In this document: positions 17,829-24,234 of the stretch, piece by piece
Layout of the letters: each line of letters starts with the position of its first letter
Numbering within the stretch: position 1 is the stretch's first letter
Virus record (IMG/VR): IMGVR_UViG_3300045988_164842
Span: 24,293 to 88,292 of that record
Source: a virus
Length of the DNA: 64,000 nt
Reading direction: 5' to 3' (one strand)
Translations under genes and position numbers: made by a program
Notes under the pieces: generated by a model
The model's input: only the letters and a program-made list of their open reading frames with translations
What the model was told of the DNA's origin: nothing
The model's database searches: none

Positions 17829-18584
17829 TTAGAGCGTACACTCGTAGAGGAAACATTCCGTACTATAATGCTCTTTCAAGCGTTTCTGTACAGCTTCCGG
17901 GAAATAGTCCTCAAGCCAGTAAAGAAATGCCCAGAGGGTTTCCGCCTGTCTTCCGTAATAGTCCTCTGCAACGTCCGGATTTTCCTCACGGAAAGCTTCA
18001 TACGCTTCCGTTGACTCCATTACGGAGTGATGGAACATAAACGGACTCACAAAGCCGTGTATTGTTCCGCTTGCGAGAGCCGAATTGAAGTCATCGTAGG
18101 TCACCTCCCACCACTCCAGTACGTCAGAGGCTTTGTAGGAAAGTTTTCCGTTTCTTTTCGCCTCGGCTGTCTGAGGGCTGTAAGGTCTACTGTAAACCCA
18201 GTTGTCCTCGTCCGCCTGCATATCAGCAATCGCATAATACGAGCCGATATAGCATTGAAATTCCCTGTAGCCGTACTCGTACCTGCTGTAGGGATAGATA
18301 TCCATCAGCAGGCTTTTTCTGACACGTCCCTGTACGCCGAGACGCTTCCATTTCGAGAAAGCGAACTCTTCTGCTTCTTTTCTGTTTGTGGCGTTCAAGC
18401 GGATACGCCACTGGTGTGTTTCCGTTGCCGTGCCGTTCCAGTGGTGGCTTTCGATGTACACCTCGTATGCCGAAAGCTTTTCAAGATGTACCCTGTAAGG
18501 GCGGCGGATTCTTACAGTTGTTTCTGTAGTTGTAGCGGTTGTTGCGGTAGTTGTTGTTTCTGTAGTTGTTGCTATTTTTTTCAT
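17829..18584 (-). CDS. hypothetical protein with Thr-rich N-terminus (251 aa)
   Basis: ATG 18584 follows GGAGGAAAC; N-terminus MKKIATTTETTTTATTATTTETT. Confidence 0.7.
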   Translation of the reverse strand: MKKIATTTETTTTATTATTTETTVRIRRPYRVHLEKLSAYEVYIESHHWNGTATETHQWRIRLNATNRKEAEEFAFSKWKRLGVQGRVRKSLLMDIYPYSRYEYGYREFQCYIGSYYAIADMQADEDNWVYSRPYSPQTAEAKRNGKLSYKASDVLEWWEVTYDDFNSALASGTIHGFVSPFMFHHSVMESTEAYEAFREENPDVAEDYYGRQAETLWAFLYWLEDYFPEAVQKRLKEHYSTECFLYECTL

Positions 18585-18601
18585 AGTTTCCTCCATTTTC
18601 T

Positions 18602-18625
18602 CCCCGTAATGCCAGATAGGTCAGC
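18602..18625 (-). promoter_or_regulatory. conserved leader box, copy b
   Basis: Minus-strand GCTGACCTATCTGGCATTACGGGG. It starts about 10 nt downstream of the TAGAAT -10, so it is predicted to be the mRNA 5' end. Confidence 0.55.
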
Positions 18626-18635
18626 CTTTTATTTT

Positions 18636-18664
18636 ATTCTATTGACTTTTTAGGTATTTGTCAA
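18636..18664 (-). promoter_or_regulatory. sigma-70 consensus promoter
   Basis: TTGACA (18664-18659), 17 nt, TAGAAT (18641-18636) on the minus strand. Confidence 0.65.
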
Positions 18665-18742
18665 TAGTTTCTGCGGAGTTTTGTTTTCCGCACTTATGAA
18701 TTTTGTCCTATAAGAGCAAGCACTTTCGACGGTGCAAGCCCC

Positions 18743-18775
18743 TAAAAAAGCCAACTGAACAAAAACAGTTGGCTT
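18743..18775 (-). terminator. rho-independent terminator
   Basis: 10-bp perfect stem AAGCCAACTG (18748-18757) / CAGTTGGCTT (18766-18775), then T-run on the minus strand. Confidence 0.65.
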
Positions 18776-18917
18776 AAAGTTTGCTATTCATTTTTTTCCT
18801 CTCTTTTTCTATCGGGCGGTTTAGGGAAAATCCCCGTTAAGAGATTTCCCTAAAAGCAATGTTGAGTATGCACGATATATACACGCATGTAGCAAGCGCA
18901 CGCACGCACGCGCACAC

Positions 18918-18945
18918 GAAAAAAGGGTTCCGCCCTTGCGGGCGG
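18918..18945 (-). terminator. GC-rich hairpin + T6 after the 441-aa gene
   Basis: CCGCCC (18930-18935) / GGGCGG (18940-18945). The minus-strand T6 (18919-18924) lies 5 nt after the stem. Confidence 0.5.
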
Positions 18946-18961
18946 TCGCCTGTTGTTTTTT

Positions 18962-20287
18962 TTACTGGAGCGACTCCGATTTAAAACGCTCAAAGCCGTG
19001 CTCTTTGTCTAAGACGTGGAACACCAACGCCTTAGTCAGGAACAGCCCCGCATTTTTTTTCAGTTTTACCTGAATGTCATTTGCGGTTGCCGTCGGCGTT
19101 TGAGTGCATAAAGCCGTGATGACTTTGAACGCGCTCATATAAAGCACACGATTGAAGCCGTATGCCTTATAAAACGCCTCACTCTCTTTTTTGAGTTCCC
19201 TCGTAGAGAGTCCCGCATCCGGAACATTTTCCGCCCCTGAAAATGCCGCCGTATTTAATGCTTCAATGCGGGCGTCAATCGCATCAAGCATTTTATTGTA
19301 TCCCTCAGGGGGCGTTGTTACATCGCCGAGGGAGACGATGTAATTTTTGGAAGTAACGGTACCTGAGATAATACCGTCCTTTTCTTTGTTCCATTTTGTT
19401 TTAAGGGCTGGAACTTGACCCCAACAACTGAGGAAACATTTCCCTTTTTCCTCAGTTGTTTCCGCCCCTGAAAACGCCTCTTTGATTTTCAAGGCTTTGA
19501 GGGCTTTTATGTAGTCACTCATTTCCAATAAAAAGAGGAATACCTCCATTTTGTCGGCTGAGTGGTTACACTCAAGGGCGGTTTCCTGCACCTTTGCGAG
19601 TGTTGCCCCGAAAAGTTCAGGGTCAACGTCAACGCAAAGATACAGAAATTTTTTCTGTATAGCAGTCAGTGACGTAACTGCTGTTTTCTGTTTCCCTGCA
19701 AAATATGCAACGTATGCAGGAAAACGGGTTGAAATTGCCGAGTCTTTTACGTCATACGACGCAACAATTTCTTCAAGGCGTGGGAAATTGTCGTCCCATC
19801 CTTTTCCTACGCCCGAAATTTCTGTTACGTCAGCCGGTTTTATTTCGGCTGACTTTTCCGTAACTGTAGGGGCTGCAACCGCCTGCTTTTCCTGCTCCGC
19901 TTCAAGCAGGAATTCATTGTATTCAGCCCCTACACTGAATACAACCTCTTTTCCTTCCAGCTTTGCAAAGCTGGAAAAGCTTGCAAGAGGGCGGAATATG
20001 TTGGACTGTTCCATTACATGGAATTTGTCCAACATTGAAGGCTTTCTTGCCGTAAAAGTCGGGTGTGTGAACCTGACTTCAACCCCCTCGCCTTCTTCCA
20101 ATATTATAACCCTTCCTTCGCCGTGAAGGGTTATAATATCCCCGTCGCCGTCTTCTATTCTGTCAGCGTTTCCCATGCTGACAGCCTTAGAGGCGGCTGT
20201 TACCACAGCGTCAAGGGCTGTATAAAATGCTCTTGTTTCTGCTGTAACAGTTGTGGCGGTTGTTTCTGTAGCTATTGCGTTTTTCAT
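18962..20287 (-). CDS. hypothetical protein with Thr/Ala-rich N-terminus (441 aa)
   Basis: ATG 20287 follows GGAGGAAATT. N-terminus MKNAIATETTATTVTAETR; internal duplicated AFSGAE motif. Visibly more GC-rich than its neighbours. Confidence 0.7.
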   Translation of the reverse strand: MKNAIATETTATTVTAETRAFYTALDAVVTAASKAVSMGNADRIEDGDGDIITLHGEGRVIILEEGEGVEVRFTHPTFTARKPSMLDKFHVMEQSNIFRPLASFSSFAKLEGKEVVFSVGAEYNEFLLEAEQEKQAVAAPTVTEKSAEIKPADVTEISGVGKGWDDNFPRLEEIVASYDVKDSAISTRFPAYVAYFAGKQKTAVTSLTAIQKKFLYLCVDVDPELFGATLAKVQETALECNHSADKMEVFLFLLEMSDYIKALKALKIKEAFSGAETTEEKGKCFLSCWGQVPALKTKWNKEKDGIISGTVTSKNYIVSLGDVTTPPEGYNKMLDAIDARIEALNTAAFSGAENVPDAGLSTRELKKESEAFYKAYGFNRVLYMSAFKVITALCTQTPTATANDIQVKLKKNAGLFLTKALVFHVLDKEHGFERFKSESLQ

Positions 20288-20304
20288 AATTTCCTCCGAT
20301 TTCT

Positions 20305-20327
20305 CCCCGTAATGCCGATAGGTCAGC
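20305..20327 (-). promoter_or_regulatory. conserved leader box, copy c
   Basis: Minus-strand GCTGACCTATCGGCATTACGGGG directly upstream of the SD of the 441-aa gene. Confidence 0.55.
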
Positions 20328-20801
20328 TTAAAATGTTCGTTATTTTTTAGGGATATTTCACCCTTAGCGCAACGCACCTATATAGATACGCTCCGTTAAG
20401 GAAGAAATTAGAATACAACCAGCGTATTCTAAAGTCCCTTAACGCCGTGGAATTTTGTCAGCCCCACAGCAGAAAACAGAAACTTTTTTCGCCATATATT
20501 TAAATAGTCTCTATATAATCCGCCAACGTTGCTAAACTTCAAAGGGATTTTAGCAGTTTCTAACAGCAACAAAAATATTGCTGAAAATCCCCATCAACGC
20601 CGAAACACGTCAACTTTTTATATAAATCTATTCATTTTTCAAGTTGCTTTATGGAATTTTCATCCAATAGTGAGTTTCACACTATAAATTAACATTCAAA
20701 ATTAAGTGTTCCAAAAACGCCGTTTTAAATCGCTTTTTCAGAACGTTCCAAAAACGTTCTGACGATTTTTTGAATTATTAAATTATCTTTTCTATGCTTT
20801 T

Positions 20802-20830
20802 ATTATAGCATAGAATTTTATGTTTGTCAA
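20802..20830 (-). promoter_or_regulatory. perfect sigma-70 consensus promoter firing leftward inside the noncoding hub
   Basis: TTGACA (20830-20825), 17 nt, TATAAT (20807-20802) on the minus strand. No ORF lies within about 500 nt downstream. Confidence 0.65.
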
Positions 20831-21093
20831 CCCTTTTTGAAAAATTTTTTTGATTTTTTCAGGGCGTTTGACTCTCCCCATAGCCGCCCGGGTTTTTTGT
20901 TTTCCCTGACTGTGGTTATAGTATACCACGCCCCCACCCTGATTTATACCACTTTAAAATAACATTCTATGAACTTTATATTAATATACAACACTTAGCC
21001 CGTAAAGTGTTAATTATCTATACAGTTGAACGGCTAACCGTTGAATAATACCATATTAATTGCTAATAAAAGTAAAAGCAAGGGTGTTCTTGT

Positions 21094-21122
21094 ATTATAT
21101 CAGAAATAACAATAAATGTAAT
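21094..21122 (-). promoter_or_regulatory. extended -10 promoter firing leftward
   Basis: ATTACA (21122-21117), 17 nt, TGATATAAT (21102-21094) on the minus strand. Confidence 0.45.
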
Positions 21123-21628
21123 TGCTATTTTTTTTGTAATAGGAGGTGAACAAGTGTTAACATTTTCCCAGAGCTGGATTGTACTACTCTAACTAATACA
21201 GTTTATGAACAATTTATGAATTAGTTAAGTTTCAACGATATTTACAATAATAGTAAAATAGATAACTTGTTAATATCTGTAAGACTTGCATAAGGAAAAT
21301 AATAGAAACAACGTGTAATACATATTACACGCGGTTTTAGGCGTATATGGGGCGTGTATTGAAATAACTGTAAAAATAAAGCAGCTTAGAGAACGATACA
21401 GGTATTCAAAAACTCATGTCTTATTTCTCAAATTGAAATCTCTACAAGTACTTCAAAATTTCCACAAATCAAATAAGATTTTTGAGATTATAAGAATAAA
21501 AAATCAGTCTGATACATTTAGGATTTAGGAGTAATCAGTATTGTAAAATGCGTAAAATAAATGATAACTCCGATGGCTTATGGGAAATATTGAATATATA
21601 ATCTTGTTATTATGTTGGCTCGTAAAGA

Positions 21629-21818
21629 GTAATGATTGCAGAGGTATTCAGGAAGTGAGATTAAGAACTATCAGTCTCAAAGGTCTTCCAGAATTGCAGG
21701 TAATATTTTTTTTAAAAAAATACAAATTGGACGTAACGAATTGCAGGAGACTAATAAAAGAGCAGGTCATATATTTCAAAAAATATCACACAAGAAAAGA
21801 AAGTAAGGATTGCAGAAG
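21629..21818. repeat. iteron-like dispersed repeats (4 copies of ATTGCAG core)
   Basis: GTAATGATTGCAGAGG (21629-21644), CCAGAATTGCAGGTAA (core 21693-21699), GTAACGAATTGCAGGAG (21733-21749), GTAAGGATTGCAGAAG (21803-21818). Confidence 0.6.
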
Positions 21819-22057
21819 TCTTTGGAGATTCAGTTCTTACAGGCTTATAAGCTGTGTGTTTGTGTTCTATCGGGAAGTTTTCTGTATCTTGTTTCTGCTT
21901 GGGATTTTTTCTTATGAAAAAATTTTTTCTTGCTTTTTCGGGAGGTTTGCAACATCGAGAGGTAAATTGTAAACTTTCTGTTAAGTATATTGACGTGATA
22001 AACCACGCATTTACGGGCTTTGTGAGCATACAAAAAGTTCCTTAATAATTTGGAAAC

Positions 22058-22086
22058 TTGAGTTTTTGTCAGTTTTGTGATATAAT
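22058..22086 (+). promoter_or_regulatory. strong extended -10 promoter for the rightward arm
   Basis: TTGAGT (22058-22063), 17 nt, TGATATAAT (22078-22086), about 190 nt upstream of the helicase ATG. Confidence 0.65.
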
Positions 22087-22282
22087 AAAAACAGACGAAG
22101 AGAAGAAGCTGACGGAATAGCAACAGAAGTTAGAGAGCTTCTTTTCTTACTTAATGGTTCGTAGGAGTAGAATATAAGGTATAGGTGTTTCCGGCACAAA
22201 AACCTCTACAACCAACGTATCTATGGGCTTTATGAGCATTTTTTTTAAAAACCCTCAGTGTCACATTTGAAAGGAGCATAAA

Positions 22283-23761
22283 ATGACCTATATTTCGCAA
22301 TTAAACTTCAAAAACAACATTGTTCCTCACAAACTCAATTTGCTTTATGCAGGTTGCGGAACAGGAAAGACAGAATGGGCAACAAGAAAAGTGTTTCAGG
22401 ATTTCCCTGACATCAAACCTTGCGAAACACTTCTCGTTGTTCCTAAAACGTGGATTGCAAAACAACAGGCTGAGAAAAGGAATGTCTACAGGTATGTCAG
22501 CTCAGAAAGAGCGATGTCAGATGAAAATAAGAAATGGCGTGACTACTGGAATGGTGTTTCTGATGAAGTTGACAACGAGAATGTTGTCAATGTTTTGACT
22601 TATGCAACCCTTATCAATATTCTTCGCAATCCAGAAAGCAACGGACGTTTACCTTTTGAGAGGATAAAGCTTGTAATCATTGACGAATGTCATTCTCTTT
22701 TTACTGAAACTTACATGACTGATTTGAATGTTATGAATCTTTGGCTTAACATGGCTATCAAAACAACAGATACTTTATTTATCGGTATGAGTGCAACTCC
22801 TATGCTTATAAAAGAGTATGCAGAAAAAGTAATTTGTAGTCCGGTAAATCAGGTCAACAAGGAAGTTATAATGAACTATACAGCAGAAAATCTTATTATA
22901 ACCGACAAAGAAACCATCCCGTATATGCTTCATAGCGGTTTTCTTACAGGCAGAACGCTAATAATGTGCAATTCCCTTGAAGAATGTAAATGTCTTTCGT
23001 ATGTTCTCAGTGACTCTGCTTATATTGTTAGTGAGTACAACAATGAATACGCACCAGACATGGCTGAGATTACAGATTATATTTTAAAGAACAACAGCAT
23101 TCCTGATACATTTAAAGGCAAGAAACTTAAAGTTCTTCTCTCTACGGCTGTCCTTAGAGAGGGGATTACTTTCAAAAAAGATTGTGGTATTGAAAATATA
23201 ATCTGTATGTCGGGTTGTGATGTAAACATTATTCAGATTGCTGGAAGATGCCGCTACAACATCAAAAATCTTATTGTCGTAAAGCCATTGACTATATCGT
23301 CTAATACAATTGATTACGTCAAAAAGAAGGAAATGCAGTTCAGGGATTTTTGTAAAGGCAGGTACACAGATAATGGTTGGTTCGATGGTATAAAACACAT
23401 TCTTTCTTTTAACGATATCAAGAAAATTCAGTATAAAACAAAGGAAGACTTCTTTTGTGGAGATACATATAACATACCAAAAAACAGCAAGGCATTATTA
23501 AAAAAATCAGTTGCTGAAAAATTAAATGCGTACATCGAAAGAAATTTAAAAGGGAAATTCGTAACAGAAAAAGAAAGAAAAGAAGCTGTCAAATTCATGT
23601 GTGAAAACTCAATTCTTTCTGGCGACCCTGACAAAATAACACCACAAGCCTTTTATAAATTCATTGAAACAAATACCCCATACACCTTAGAACCAGAACG
23701 AAAAAGAGTTGATGGCAGATTAAAACGTGGTTGCTCTTTTCGCAAGAAAAGGAGTAAATAA
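22283..23761 (+). CDS. SF2 (DEAD/DEAH-box type) helicase
   Basis: Walker A GCGTGKTEW, DEAH-like box VIIDECHSL; AAAGGAG SD. Confidence 0.8.
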   Translation: MTYISQLNFKNNIVPHKLNLLYAGCGTGKTEWATRKVFQDFPDIKPCETLLVVPKTWIAKQQAEKRNVYRYVSSERAMSDENKKWRDYWNGVSDEVDNENVVNVLTYATLINILRNPESNGRLPFERIKLVIIDECHSLFTETYMTDLNVMNLWLNMAIKTTDTLFIGMSATPMLIKEYAEKVICSPVNQVNKEVIMNYTAENLIITDKETIPYMLHSGFLTGRTLIMCNSLEECKCLSYVLSDSAYIVSEYNNEYAPDMAEITDYILKNNSIPDTFKGKKLKVLLSTAVLREGITFKKDCGIENIICMSGCDVNIIQIAGRCRYNIKNLIVVKPLTISSNTIDYVKKKEMQFRDFCKGRYTDNGWFDGIKHILSFNDIKKIQYKTKEDFFCGDTYNIPKNSKALLKKSVAEKLNAYIERNLKGKFVTEKERKEAVKFMCENSILSGDPDKITPQAFYKFIETNTPYTLEPERKRVDGRLKRGCSFRKKRSK

Positions 23762-24234
23762 TGACTGCGGTACGATTATTTCAGGAAAATGAAGGTCTTG
23801 TTCACTATGTGCTCAATCACTACACACTGAAGCCTTTTTCTTATAAGCTCGGTTATACCTATGAAGACTGGACTTCCGTAGGACGTGAAGGGCTGTGGAA
23901 AGCTTCTAAAGAGTACGTGAGCAAAGATACGACATATGCATTCAGCACAATAGCTTGTAACCACATTCAGAACAACATACGGCAAGAACTAAGAAAGAAA
24001 AGAATTGCCTTGTGTCCTTTAGAAGAAAACATGATAATCCCAAAAGATAGCTTTGACGAAACACTCTTTTCAGTCAAAGAGATTGTAGGCGAAAAAGAGT
24101 ACAATATTTTACTGGACTACTACGGTCATAAATACACTTTCGAGTATTTGAGTGAGAAATACGACATGACAAACGCTCAACTCAAAAAACTTTTGAACAC
24201 ACTTCCGAGAAAAATCAGAAAGGAGTTCTCTTGA
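23761..24234 (+). CDS. sigma-70-family sigma factor (regions 2 and 4 only)
   Basis: ENEGLVHYVLNHY..EDWTSVGREGLWKASKEY..YAFSTIACNHIQNNIRQELRK (region 2) and a C-terminal HTH (region 4). The start overlaps the helicase stop (TAATG). Confidence 0.75.
   Translation: MTAVRLFQENEGLVHYVLNHYTLKPFSYKLGYTYEDWTSVGREGLWKASKEYVSKDTTYAFSTIACNHIQNNIRQELRKKRIALCPLEENMIIPKDSFDETLFSVKEIVGEKEYNILLDYYGHKYTFEYLSEKYDMTNAQLKKLLNTLPRKIRKEFS

Noticed and set aside
18027-20126. Long plus-strand ORFs (18027-18653, 19551-20126, 20063-20350) opposite the Thr-rich protein genes; similar shadow ORFs occur at 28645-29142, 37780-38319, 51210-51695, 53244-53699 and 62662-63120
   Set aside because: They are antisense shadows of better-supported genes. 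They lack SDs, have skewed low-complexity composition, and break the otherwise strict strand polarity of each arm.
21580-22199. Five track ORFs (60-130 aa) on both strands inside the hub
   Set aside because: They overlap one another on opposite strands, lack SDs, and have junk-like Cys/Phe/Lys-rich composition. Their DCRG/NCRR/DCRS tracts are simply the translated ATTGCAG repeats. I treat the region as noncoding.
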